From NCBI GenBank assembly GCA_043228905.1, contig JBHGNT010000012.1, forward strand, positions 10,850,001-10,914,000: a DNA stretch of 64,000 nucleotides. Direction: 5' to 3'. The notes beneath the pieces are model-generated. The model saw only the letters and a program-made list of their open reading frames with translations, had not been told where the DNA came from and made no database searches. Positions 24,977 to 38,290 of the stretch are shown one piece after another; the first letter of the stretch is position 1, and every line of letters starts with the position of its first letter. Position numbers and translations under genes: made by a program. The stretch comes from Azolla caroliniana (taxonomy: Eukaryota > Plantae > Polypodiophyta).

Positions 24977-27900
24977 TGTTGAGTAATTGTTGTAGTGAGT
25001 TAATGAAGAGAGAGGGTGACCTTACATAAAACAACATTCTCCCACTTCATATAGTGTCGGTTGTGACTCCTTGTAATGGTACATTTTGTATCTCATATTC
25101 TCATTGTGAATATACACTATCTATCTTGTGTTTTCCCTTTTCTTCTCTCTTTCCTCTCACACATACACCTAATACACATCTCTTTCGATGCACAAGAATC
25201 ATATCCGATTCTTTACATGGTATCAAAGCAATTTTGTAGCTCGATCTAGCCCATCCGCTTGTGTTGTGTTCTACGTTGACGTTCAAGAAGAACCGACTCA
25301 TCGCTATCCTAGTGCGACCACATAACTTGTGTTCGAGAGAGAACGAAAAGAAGAAAGAAAGCTTCATCGACAATGAATACTCAAATGTGGAGCACTCTCC
25401 CTAGCGAGAAGTTGGATCGAAACAACTTTTCATCTTGGGAGTACAAGATGCACCAATACCTTGTCAATCAAGGATATTGGAGCTACATCAAAGGAGCACA
25501 CGAAACTTGACCCGACCCGAAAAACGCCGACTACTCAACATGGGAGCAACCGGCAAGCCGAGTGATGTAGTGCTTGGAGACATGTGTTCATGATCACATG
25601 CTCGGCTACATTCGAGAAGTTGTGATGTCGAAGGAAGCGTGGGAGAATCTACAGAAGATTTTCGCGGCCAACACAACTGCAGGAAAGCTTCAATTCCGCC
25701 AAGAGATGAATAATATCCAACAAAGGGATATGTCCATCACAAGCTACACCTTGAAGATCAAGGAGATTTGTCACTTGCTCAGCTCAATAAGTGTCAATGT
25801 GGATGATGATGAGATGGTGCAAATATGCCTTGGCGGCCTTGCACCATGGTTCGGCATGATGAGGACCGCCGTACTAGCACGGGAGAATCCTTCCTCTTTC
25901 TTCGATCTTCAATCCATGTTGTTGGTTGAAGAAAACCATGTTCGAACAAGGAGCAACGCCTCGGAAGGACACATGCTCTACACACATTTGAACGGAGGAA
26001 GAGGACACGATGAAGCAAGAGGCCAATTTGGCCAAGGATGAGGCGGACGAGGTCCGACTCACGAAAACAACTCCCAAATTTGGCAACACGACGGAAGTCA
26101 TCAAAGAACCTTCGAATGGAGGAGCTTCCATTCCGGCCCGAGTAGACAAACCTTGATCGAATGCGGATATTGTGGCAAAATCGGCCACCATGAAGAAGAG
26201 TGCCGAAAGAAGATGCGTGAGTCGGGTTCCACTAGCCGACAACTCACCAATTACGCCACCAACTCCGACTATGATGATCATGGAGAAATGTTCGTGATGA
26301 GACATAGAGCAAATTCTATTTTGGCTTCTACTTCAACTAGTGTCTCCGGTCCGGAAGATGTATAGTTCGTCGACTCCGGTGCTTCGAACTATATGATGTC
26401 TCATCAAGAATGGTTTTGAGAACTTCGAGAGCCGGACCGACCCAGCTATGTCGAAACCGGAGATGACACTACTTATCCGCTTCGGCACATGGACAATGTT
26501 CCATTCGGAAAAGAAGGTAACCAAACCTACATTAAGAATGTCTTGCATGTACCTACCATTACGAAGAATTTGGTCTCCGTCAGCCAAATTGTTGAGCAAG
26601 AGATCTAAGTTCGATTTAATCAAGGTTGTTGCTTCATTGAGAAAGACGATCGACACATCACTCGCGGATGAAGAGAGGGCCGAATATTCATTCTCGACTC
26701 GCACAAGATGAAATCGGCCATGTTTACGAAAGGCACCAAAGCTGACATCGACATAGAGTTGTGGCACAACGGATTGGCCACATCGCCCTCCAAAAGCTCA
26801 AGGAAATGCAATTGAAAGGAGTCGTCATTGAACTCTGGACCTTCAAAGAGAAAGAGATTGAAGGCGTATGTGCAGCCTGCCAATTCGGCAAGCAACATCG
26901 GCACCCATTTCCGAAGGAGAGGAACGTGAGCAAAGGCGTACTCGACGTAATTCATTCTGATGTATGGCATCTGGCTCAGACGCCTACATTCGGCGGATGC
27001 TGATACTACGTGGCCTTCATCGATGACTTCTCTAGGCACACCTGGATCTACCCCATGCGGCAAAAGAGCGAAGTGTTCAGACACTTCTAGAAATTCAAAA
27101 GCGAAGTTGAAAAGACAACCGGTCGTCATGTACGATGTCTTCGGTCGGATGGAGGAAAAGAGTACTTCTCCGATGAATTTTTGACGGGTTTTCGGGTCGA
27201 CATACGCCACAACAGAATGGAGTAGCCGAATGAAAGAATCAACACATCCTCGAAGTAGCACGGGCTATACTTAACAAGAAGCACATGCCGAAATCGTACT
27301 GGGTAGAAGCCTTCAACACAGTCATCTATCTAATGAATTGGTGTACAACATCCAACATGCATGAGGTTACCCCACACAATAAGTTTTTCAAAAAGAAGCC
27401 TGATCTATCACATGTTCGAATATTCAGCGCCATTGTAGACGTGCACATCCCCGACGAGAAGAGACAAAAGCTTGACCCGAACTCGAAGAAATGTATCCTC
27501 ATAAGATACTCACTAGAGAAAAAGAGGTACAAGTGCTATAACCCCTCGACTGGGAAGGTTCGTGTAAGCCGAGATGTAGTCTTTGACGAATCGACATCAT
27601 GGTACGAACCCAAGCCGAATCCTCCTGATCCAACTCCAGTCGACCCGGAATCCACCGAACAAGAGATAGATCTGGAGATTGACTTGAACACATGTTCGAA
27701 GAAAGTCCGATTATGACAAGACTTAGTGGGCCACAAGAGCCCCCGAGCGACCAAAGCACATCTCTGCATAGTCCAAAGATGGACAAAGCCAAGGCAAAAA
27801 TGGAGTATGAAGATGATCAATTCGACGGAAACGAATCGACTCACTCCCTCGACAGTGGGTTTGGTGGCTTCGATATACCTATCATGAGGACACCTAGCGT

Positions 27901-30154
27901 AAAGAAAACCATTGCCATGAAAAACGAAAAACTCCATTGCACCACCCATGAGAAGAATCCTATTAGCTGATTCGGCTACAATGATGAAGACCATTATGCC
28001 TTTATGATGAAGGTGGCGACAGTTCGAGAAGTGAAAAGTTTTTCGGAAGCAACGAAGGACCCACGATGGGTCGAAGTAATGAACAAGGAGATGCGGGCAC
28101 TATGCAAGATCAAGACATGGGATCTCGTTCCCCACTCACCGCACAAGAAGGCAATCGACTGTAGATGGATTCACAAGGTGAAGTATAATGTTGACGGCTC
28201 CGTAAACCGCTACAAAGATCGACTCGTAGCGAAAGGATATGCACAAACACATGGAGTCGACTATGAAGAGACCTTTGCCCCGGTGGCAAAGATGATGACT
28301 TTGCGGACCGTGATCGCACTCGGAGCAACGAAAGGGTGACATCTCCACCAAATGGACGTCAAGAATGTATTTCTTCAAGGAAAATTAGAAGAGGAGGTGT
28401 ACATGGTACAACCACCCGACTTCGATTCCAACATTCATCGGCAATCTGTCTGCCAACTCAAGAAGCCTCTCTACGACCTAAAGCAAGCATCGTGTCCTTG
28501 GCATTCGAATATATCATAATATCTTCATCAAATCAACTTTCGAATGTCGAAATCTGACAACTCCCTCTACATATGAAACGACTCTAGAAACCCAATTATC
28601 ATTATCCTACACGTGGATGATCTGGTCATTGGAGGTGAGCATTAAGTTGACATGAATAAGGTCAAGTCTCTCCTCTCTAGAAAATTCGAGATGACGGACA
28701 TGAAGGAGCTCCACTACTTCCTTGTCATCGAGGTCATTCGAACTCCGGATGGCATTATGATCTCTCAATGACACTGCATCCTCAACTTGTTATACAAGTT
28801 CGGGATGACTGAGAGTAAATCTGTGGCAACCCCTCTTGATGGAAATATCAAAGTACACGTTGACTCCAGCACGGAAGAGTGTGAGTCGACAACTGATCGG
28901 GAGCCTCATCTATCTCGCGATCACTCGACCCGACCTTAGCTATCCAGTCGGCCTCCTTAGCCAAGTCATGCAAACTTCGTGAGATATCCATTTCGATTGC
29001 GCCAAGTGAGTATTATGATACGTGAGCGCCATAATGGATTACAACATTCTCTACATATCAGCCACACCAATTCAACTCGAAGGGTACAGGGATGCCGACT
29101 AGGCTGGCTACAGAGCCGATCGACGATCAACCTCTGGATTTGTCTTCTCGCTTGGCAACAGAGCAACATCTTGGAGTAGTAAGAAGTAGCCTACCGTCGC
29201 ACTTTCGAGCACGGAGGCCGAATACAAGGGCACAACCGTGCCTGCATGTGAAGTTGTATGGCTGAAGAGAATTTTGAAGGATATGGGCATTCCCATCAAG
29301 GATCTAACTCCCCTTTACTATGAAAACATGAGTTTCTATCTGGCTCAGAACCCGGTGTTCCACGCACGTACAAAGCATATTGAAGTGCACTATCACTTCA
29401 TTTGAGAGTGGGCTCCGACCGGAGATGTCCACCTTCAAAACATCAACACGAATCTTCAGACGACCGACATCTTCACAAAGGCCTTAGGAGCCGACAAGCT
29501 TCGGCAATTCATGTTAGACCTTGGATTGACGATCCCTAACATGCCAAGCTTGAGGGGGAGTGCAAGAGAGAACTAGATATCGTCCGAACCGGGTACGAGC
29601 CGAAGAGGACACCAGAGATTGTCCGAATCAGATACCGACTGAAGTGGAAATCAACTCAAAGGAACCGACCCGAGTTGAGCTAGAGGGGGCAAGTTGAGAA
29701 TCTAGCTCAACCTAGTGGAACGTGTGAACACACCCTTTGAGAATCTATGATCACTCAAAGGTCAAGCATCATACCACTACTCTCTACATATTAACTATGT
29801 GTCATAGAATCATATTCTATGACATGTATAACTAATGAGTTCCATATTCCCCATGACTATGAGTCTTCACATTCCCTAAGAGAGAGTAGTTGTTGTAGTG
29901 AGTTAATGAAGAGAGAGCGTGACCTTATATAAAGCACCATTCTCCTACTTCATATACTACCGGTTGTGACTCCTTATAATAATACATTTTGTATCTCATA
30001 TTCTCCTTGTCAATGTACACTTTCTTCTTGAGTATTCTATTTTCCATTCTAACTAATCTATCTTGTGATTTCTCTTTTCTTCTCTCTTTCGTCTCACACA
30101 TACACATCACACACATCTCTTCCGCTGCACAAGAATCATATCGGATTATTTACA
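24977..30154 (+). mobile_element. Ty1/Copia retrotransposon, decayed, with both LTRs (5' 24977-25217 internally deleted; 3' ~29692-30154)
   Basis: PBS TGGTATCAAAGC at 25218; gag, CGYCGKIGHHEEEC, protease DSGAS, integrase, RT AKGYAQTHGVDYEETFAPVAK and RNaseH; PPT GAGGGGGCA; LTR homology. No matching TSD. Confidence 0.92.
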
Positions 30155-30492
30155 AGATATAACTTCCACTTCTAGCACCTACATCTCCTCAAGAGGGTGA
30201 AACCATTAATCTTAACTTGTCCTTGAGTTAACCATTGTGATTTTCATTATGTTAACTACATTTCATATTTGCAGACCATCAATGTTTTTAAAACATTTAT
30301 TGAAAAACTATTCAATTTTAAAAATTATCATTTTGAAACTTGTTAAATCTCAAAAAATTAGCAAATTTTACATGCTATTTAAAACATGTGATACTGGTGT
30401 ATCAAGTTTCTGAAAATTGCCTAAAATCGCAAGATTATAAATGGAATCTATAAGTGGAAGGTGTGACCCTTCCATTTGTGAACGCAAATGTG
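30155..30492 (+). mobile_element. Terminal fragment of the same DNA transposon family as 59438-62190
   Basis: GTGACCCTTCCATTTGTGAACGCAAATGTG matches the reverse complement of CACGTTTGCATTCACAAGTGGAAGGATCAC at 59438. A subterminal GATACTGGT(GT)ATCAA motif is also shared. Confidence 0.7.
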
Positions 30493-33400
30493 TTTATGAC
30501 TATTTGTTTAACCTTATCCTATTTTTTTGCCACAAAATTATTAGTCAATGGCTGATAATAACGACCCGATGGCACCTGCACAAGCGGAGGGAATTCAAGG
30601 AAATCCTCCTGGGCTAATCCCCATTGAGTCGTATTTTTTACAAATACAAACTTTCCTTAATTCTACCTTCCATGATATTTCCGAACTTCGACAATCTCAT
30701 AGTGCTCTCGAGGCACATGTCAGTAGTATACAACGTGATACTAATAGACCCGATGAGCGTCAAGGTGAACCATTATTTGTAATAAAGCCATTTATGGGAG
30801 AAAAAAAGGAAAGAACGGAAGAAGCAATCTGCGCATGGCTTGGCTCATGGGAGTCTCATTTGAGCTCTATCCCAAGCCAGATAGTACAAAGATTACATAT
30901 GTTGGTCGAGAACTAGGGGGTAAGGTCGCCGCCTAGTGGCGTGGGCTTCGCAGTACGTGGAAATTGCCTGATACCTAGACAGATTTTGTCATAGTTTTCA
31001 AGGGTCAATTTTGTTGGTAGACAGGTCCCTCCGGATGGGAAGTGAGAAGAACAGTGCCGACGAACAAACTCGGCCGAGGCCGACAGGCCGAGGCCGAAAC
31101 GGTATGAACCGGATGGGGAGAACCCGACTTCGGAGAGTCGGATGGTGTAGGCCCGGTATGAACCGGATGAGGAGTACCCGACTGCGGAGAGTCGGATGGT
31201 GTAGGCCCGGTATGAACCGGATGAGGAGTACCCGACTGCGGAGAGTCGGATGGTGTAGGCCCGGTATGAACCGGATGAGGAGTACCCGACTGCGGAGAGC
31301 CGGATGAAGAGTACCTGACTGCGGAGAGCCGGATGGAGCCCATCGAGGTTACATTTGTAAATAGCCGAAAAGTCATATTAGTACAAATATGACTTAGGGC
31401 AATCTTTTAAGTTGTTGTTGTCATTCTTGTTTTCTTTTCTTGTTGGTGCAAGAAGAAATCAGAGCGCGTAACTGTATAGAGAGACGGAGAGAGAGAGAGA
31501 GAGACGAGGTCGTTGCCTCTGTTGTAACCGCCGCCTGTGGCGAAGATCTGAGATCACGAGGTCGTTGCCTCAGTGATCTCACTGTTGTATATTTCTGCAT
31601 AGTGAGAGTTTGCAGCTTGTGGGCTGCCGTGGTTTTTTCCCCTATTTTGGGGTTTTCCACGTATACCTCCTGTGTACCATTTCTCCTCCTTTCCTTTTTT
31701 GTGCGTCGCGTTTCATTACCTGTTTTTCTGTGTATGTAAAGAATCTCGGTTGTGGCCGAGCGTCGGACATAAGGAACGTCTAGAGTTCCCAACAAATTTC
31801 TGCAACCTCCAACTCGAACTGAGGCAGTACAAGCTTTGATGAACCTCTCTAACCGGGAATTTTCCTCGCTAGAAGACTATGTTCACCATGCTAGAACCCA
31901 AATCCAAAATTTGGGTTTAGAAGGGGAGGTTAATAACTTGTTTTGTCAATGGCATCACCAATTTAGACTATCACTAGATAGCGCACGATAAGGATCCAAA
32001 ATCCTTCGAAGAGGCCATTGAAATAGTTCTTCGTTATCTATGCACTTCAAAGGACCATAACAAAACCGAAGCACTCGGGACTAAGTAGTCGCAATTCGTT
32101 GGGAAATGCAAGACACCCAACGGATTCATGGATCACTATTGACAGTCAAATTCATCGTCTCCAAGGAGCTCGACATTTTACAAAACTTGAAATTCGTTTA
32201 AGTCAGGAAGATGTTCCTGAAACGGAAATTTGTATGTGCTCTAGCCATTATGAGTTTTTGGTCATGCCTTTTGGTTTGACCAAAACTCCGGCCACATTTC
32301 AACAAGAAATGAATGACATTTTCCGAGAACTTGGAAAATTTGTCTTCATTTTCTTGGATGATATTCTGGTTTATAGCCGTACATTAGAAGAACATGCGAA
32401 ACATGTCGACTTTGTTTTACAAACATTGCGCGATGAACAATACATCTCATAACCGAACGAGGAGTTAAAATTGATCCTTCTCGCATCGAGAAAGTCAAAC
32501 TTTGGTCCACTCTTCCGAGTATTCGATAAGTTCGATCATTCCTTGGGTTTGTCAAGTTTTTGCGAAAATCTCTACGCAATTATTCCCAATTGACGATGTT
32601 GTTTACTAATCTTCTGAAACCAACTGTATGGAATGCTACACTACACCTTGCCTTTAAGGAACCCCAGGACCTAGTGTGCAAGGCTCCTTCGCTTATTTTA
32701 CCAGATCCTTTAAAACCTTTTCAAGTTGAATCCGACGCAAGTGATTATGCTATAGGTGCCTTCCTATATCAACATGGTAAACCATTAGCATTAGAGAGTA
32801 AGAAACTTGATTCTGCACACTGTTGGTAAACCGTGCAAGAAAAGGAATTATTTGCAGTTATTCATGTGCTAAAGTCATGGCGCCATTATCTTTATGGAAA
32901 TCGTTTTGTGGTAACTACGGACCACGAGTCCCTCAAATATTTTTGTGACAAACAAGACCTGAAAGGTTGTAAGAGACGATGGGTAGATCTCATCCAGGAC
33001 TTTGATTTTTCCATATGATATCGTAAAGGTTCCATGAACACTATCGTTGATGCACTATGTTGCATCCGTGAAATTAACATGCTTAGCTTCACTGAAATAA
33101 CATTAGATCTTTATGATCACCTTCGAGGAAAGTATCCGGATGATAGTTATTTTGGAAAATATGGGCAAGAGTTGAGTTTAGAACAGGCATCACCACATCC
33201 TCGAAGAAATCCTTCCACATTGCTAACGGTCTACTCTACCGTAATGGGAAAGTTGGTGTTCCAAATTTGCCAGAGGTCAAAAAGAGAATTCTTTTTGAAT
33301 GCCATGATGAACCCTCAGTAGGGCACCCTAGAATACATCGTACACTTGTTCTTATCTCCACTCAATTTTAGTGTCCTAAGATGTGTCCTGACATACATAG

Positions 33401-34910
33401 CTATGTGACTAAATGTCACAAATGTCAGGTTAACAAAGCCGAGCGACTTAAAGCCGTTGGACTTTTACATCCCGAGGAAATCCATGGATTTTATTGTTAG
33501 CCTTCCTCACACCCAAAAAGGCCATGATGCTATATGGGTTGTGTTTGATAGACTTACTAAAATGGCCAAATTTATCGCTACTAAAACCATGGTAAAAACT
33601 CCTGAATTGGCTTATCAATTTGTTGATGAGTTATTTCATTTTTACGGGTTACCCATAGATATTGTGAGTAATCAAGATCCAACGTTTACTAGCAACTTTT
33701 AGAAGCAAGTCTTTAAGAACTTAGAAACTACATTTAGCATGGGCTCCACGAATTATCCTCAATCTGATGGACAGACAGAACGAGTAAATCAAATTATTGG
33801 GGACGTGCTTTGAGCATACGTTGGTGGAAAACCAACAAAATGGGAACCCTTATAACAAATCCAAGCATACATCGACGGGATATAGTCCTTTTATGTTGAT
33901 GTATGGTTTTTAGCCACGATCCTCGATTGATGTTAATATATATCATCATGGGTTGCGAACTATGCATAACTTTCTTTTGGGATATGCAAGATATGTTGCA
34001 TATTGCATGAGATTATATAAAAACAGCTCTAGATAGAGTGGATTTATGCCAATCATAATAGGCAACCTCATGTATTTAACCCTGGACAGAAGGTATTTGT
34101 ACGTGTACCTCAGAATTCTAAGACATTGTCTATGGGTAAGTGCGCTAAGTTAGCCCCACGGTTTTGTGGACCTTTTCAAGTTCTCAAACGCATTGGGTCA
34201 TTAGCCTATCGTCTCGCTCTTCCTGATGGTGTTGAAATCCATCCAGTTGTTCATGTAAGTCGTCTAAACGAACTTCTTGGTTCTGGCGACAATATAGTTA
34301 CAATTGAAACTCTAATTACTTCTGAAGAATTATCTTCTAAACCACATGTATCAGAAAGAATTCTTGATGTTAAAACAAAACATTTACGTTCTAAAATTAT
34401 CCGCGAATTTAAAATTAAATGGATGGATAAGTTTATCAAAGATGCCACATGGGAGAGCGAAAATACTTAGAACTAACTTCCCTAAGTTTCCATTACAAGA
34501 GTGTAATGGTATGTGGATAAAGTGCGAGGGTTAAATGAGAGTGTAAAGAAGGGATGGATTATTGTTAATCTTTGGGATTGAGACAACCCATTAAGGCCAA
34601 GTGTGAACTTGCTTGGGGGCCTTAGGTCTGGCTATAAATATGAGGCCGAGCTACCCTCATTTGAGGATGATTGACTATGTCGAGACTCTATCCTTGTTGT
34701 GGATCTAACTCTTGTAGCGAACATGACAGTACCAGGTTTGACTCGATGGCATGGAGGTGGTATGGGACGTTGATCGAGGCTCGAGTTTGTCTCGATCCCT
34801 TCGCTCCGGGGTGGTCGAGTGGATCTGCACCCTTCTTTCTCTCTCTCCTTTCTTATCTATTTATCTTTTATATCCTTATCTCATGCTTACATTAGGATCT
34901 AGCTCTAATA
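30493..34910 (+). mobile_element. Chromovirus (Ty3/Gypsy) copy, 5'-truncated and internally deleted, with partial 3' LTR (~34505-34910)
   Basis: gag [19 protein letters not shown]...FLDDILVYS, RNaseH DASDYAIG, integrase and chromodomain ERIL...FKIKW...ATWE; collinear with 52915-57300. Confidence 0.9.
31012..31794 (+). mobile_element. Solo LTR (783 bp) inserted in the chromovirus gag, containing ~54-bp tandem repeats at 31100-31330
   Basis: Termini TGTTGG...CCAACA and perfect 5-bp TSD AATTT (31007-31011, 31795-31799). The empty site is visible in the paralogous gag at ~53375. Confidence 0.92.
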
Positions 34911-37270
34911 GAGTTAGGATTTTGGTTGGGGGTTTCTACAATGGTGGCTCGTTTAGCATTCTAGTGGTAGCCTTCTCGGTGGTTCACAAGATCCTCTCCA
35001 TGAAGGTGAAAGTCTGATGTGGTGGTGGTTTTGACAAAGATTGACTAACTCGGCGGTTGATCGTCGAAGGGAGACCAGATTGACACGAGAACACTCCACC
35101 GTCGTTGGGGCTTGACCAACAATGGGAGTCGTGGTCCCGGCGGCTCACTTGACTTGCCTTTGCCGGTCTCAATTTGCCCTTTGTTGTAGCTTAGCCTATT
35201 TCTTGTAAAAGTCACCGGAATCGTGGCATTAAGTTCATTCATTGTAAAACCCACTTTCTTGTATCATTAATATTGTACATTTTTGTTTTCCTCCCAAAAA
35301 ATTTTGGTCTTAATCTCATGCTTAGTCCTGATTCATGAGTTGACTGTCATGTTGATCTTGGGGATAGCAATAAGAAACTCTAACATTGTTAGCAAGTTGT
35401 AAGCATCCAGCTCATCCGAAATGAGCCTAAGGAAGTTTGACGGATCGAACTTCAACTTTTGGAAGGAGTAGATGCAAGATTACTTGACTGTCAAAGGTCA
35501 GATTGATCCAATTGAGAACAAAGATGCTTCCAAAGAATTCAAGTCGAATGATGGATGAAACTTCACTGGATTGTTCATGCCACCATTCGGATCACCTACC
35601 CGAATCAATGTACTATACGGTGCAACCATGTCCGATTGCTTATGAACTATGGAAGACACTATCAGACACTTACGAGAAGAAGGTCGCCGCCGCAAAGATA
35701 TATCTAATTCGGTGCGTTTATAACCTTTGAATGAAAGATCCGATTCGTTCCAAGCACATACCAAAGAATATGAAAGCATGAACTATCGGCCTAGGGATAA
35801 AAATTGAAGACAAGATGAAAGCACTTGTGGTGATGAGAAACCTACCCCCTTTTTGGGAGACGTATGTCACCTTTGTGTGCAAAGCGTCGAGAACAACCAT
35901 AAACTGCTTTGAATCAAAAAGCTCAAATTTGACGGAAGCCGCTTGGAGGAGATCGTTTGTTCATGATTCAACCAAGGATGGCTTAGTAGTACAAGGTTCG
36001 GTTGATTGACCCAGTTGCCGAGGAAGAAGCTATTCTTGGCTGCCAACAAACTCGTGAAGCTGGAGCAAGTCTCGGGATAACCGGATTTGCAATTATTGCA
36101 AGAAACCTGGACATGTTAAAGTCAATTGTTGCGCCCTCAAAGTTCAGAACGATAAAGATCATCGAGTTGATCAGAAGGGTGGTTGGCATGAGGAGTTTAA
36201 CTAAATCGGCTCATCATCCAAAGTACTGACAAAATGATCCGAACATCTTGTTAATAGAGAACTCTGTCGAATCGGAAGTTCTACTTGGCTCGATTCCTCA
36301 TCGACACCTCGACCTATAAGGTGTGGGCATACCCGGTCAGAACCCATAGGGTGTTCTCGATCTTTTAGGATTAGCTTGCCATGGTGGAGAATCAGTCTGG
36401 CTGGAAGCTGAAATGCTTACAGTTCGATAATGGAGAAGAGTACAAATAAGAGGAATTCTTCTAATTTTGTCGACATCATGAAACTCAACGTGAATACATG
36501 ACACCACATAGTCTAGACTAGAATGACATTGCTGAACGAATGAATCAAACAATTCAGGAATGAATCATTGCTATGCTCCAACACTCTGGATTGTTAGATG
36601 GCTTCTCGGTAGAGGCACTACTGATGATAGTACACATAATCAATACATCGCCGTGTAGGCCTCTAGGGCTTCAAATACCTCAGGAATTATGGATTGGCAT
36701 GATGCCGAATTATGAAAAACTGAGGATTTTTAGATTCAAGGCATATGCCCTCGTGCAAAAAGACGATTGTAGAAAGCTCGAACCAAGGTTCAGGAAATGC
36801 ATTTTCCTTGGCTATGGACTAGACGGCGAAATTAGATACCGACTCTTGAACCCAAAGACAGATCATTCAAAGTTTGGACATTGTCTTCAACGAGTCGATC
36901 ATGCACAAGATGGCCGAAAGGCCTATTGAAGTCCGAAGGGTAACTTTCTCGGAAGTGCCGGCCTTTCATGACAGCTTAGCCCAAAGCACAAGGTCGGCTT
37001 CATGGGTAGCCGAATCCTTTAGCACCAAATCAGCTCCACCTGATTTGGCACAACTGAACGTTTTGGCTCTAGACCATTCGACCTAGACACCCAATCCGGC
37101 TAGCCCAATCTTACCATGTAGATCTGAGAGATTGTTGCAGCCTCCATAGAGAATCTACTATCTGGGAATCTTCTTCACAAACGTCGACGAATCAACGTCA
37201 TACGAAGAAGCATCGACATTAGCCAATTCGGCCACATGGCATATGGTGATGGAGTCAGAGATGAACTCCA
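34911..37270 (+). mobile_element. Decayed Copia (partial LTR, gag, integrase), same family as 24289-24976
   Basis: KFDGSNFNFWK, LPPFWET, CNYCKKPGHVKVNC and KLEPRFRKCIFLGY. Confidence 0.8.
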
Positions 37271-38290
37271 TGTAAGACTGACTCCTTCCACTTTGTATCC
37301 TTACTAGTGTGAACACATCCAATAGTTAGGGCTTGAGTATATAAGCCCTAACCTAAGGTTGTAATAATACTCCTTGATCATTCTTGAATCTTGAGTCTCT
37401 GAGAGAGAGAGAAAACAGAGAAATAATGAAAGCTTTCATTAAGGTTGAAAACTGTGTCTATTCTTTTGTCTATTCTCCTACCATAATTTCTGTGTTGTTT
37501 GTTGAGCACATAACTGACAGGTCCCTACATACTTCCGTATATCCATCAATTGGTATCAGAGTGACCTGCTATTTGGTGGCAACAAAAGAAGTAGAGAAAG
37601 TTGAAAAAGAAGACAAGCTCTGTAAAAATCTCACTTTCAAAAAGGGAAAATGGCTTTAACATCCGAAAGTTCAATAGCAAATAGTTCGCCTTGTCAAAGG
37701 AGATGATGTAGGATGTATTGATCATCAGAAGCCATTCGAAGGAATTCGACATAGTGAAAAACCTGCTACAATGTTAGCCAAAGAGTGGAGATCACTCGAT
37801 GAAATCGCTCGCTCCATGATCCGAATGCATTTGGTCGACAATGTCTATTTCACCATGGCCAAAGAGACAACAATTTTCTTGTTATGGGAGACATTGCAAG
37901 CAGTGTACGAAAAGAAGTCCTCGTCGAAACTCATATTGATTTGATAGTCAAAACTCATATCAATATAAAGATGAGAGAGTCGAAACTTGCAACCTACAAC
38001 CTCCCACATCAACACCTTTAGTCGGGTGTTGTCTGAACTCTCCTCCCAAGGATTAACTTCGAAGAAGACATGAAAGCCCTTGCCCTCCTATCAAGCTTAG
38101 CGGAGAGTTGGGAGTTCTTCTGCATGACATTTGCCAATAGTCATCTGATCCTAAATCTAGATGAGACGATTGGCTAAGTCCTCACCGAGGACATTCGGTG
38201 AAAATCGATAGGACTCACCATTGAAGAATCGGCAGAAGCCCACCATTCAACCGAGTGGATCAAAAGAACAAACCGACAGAACCAGTAGAC
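37271..38290 (+). mobile_element. Copia 5' fragment: short LTR 37271-37548, PBS, decayed gag
   Basis: TG...CA boundaries, PBS TGGTATCAGAG at 37551 and gag-like peptides (IRMHLVDNVYF, LQAVYEKKS). Confidence 0.75.

Noticed and set aside
31005-31376. Pro/Arg-rich repetitive ORFs on both strands
   Set aside because: They are translations of the 54-bp repeat inside a solo LTR.
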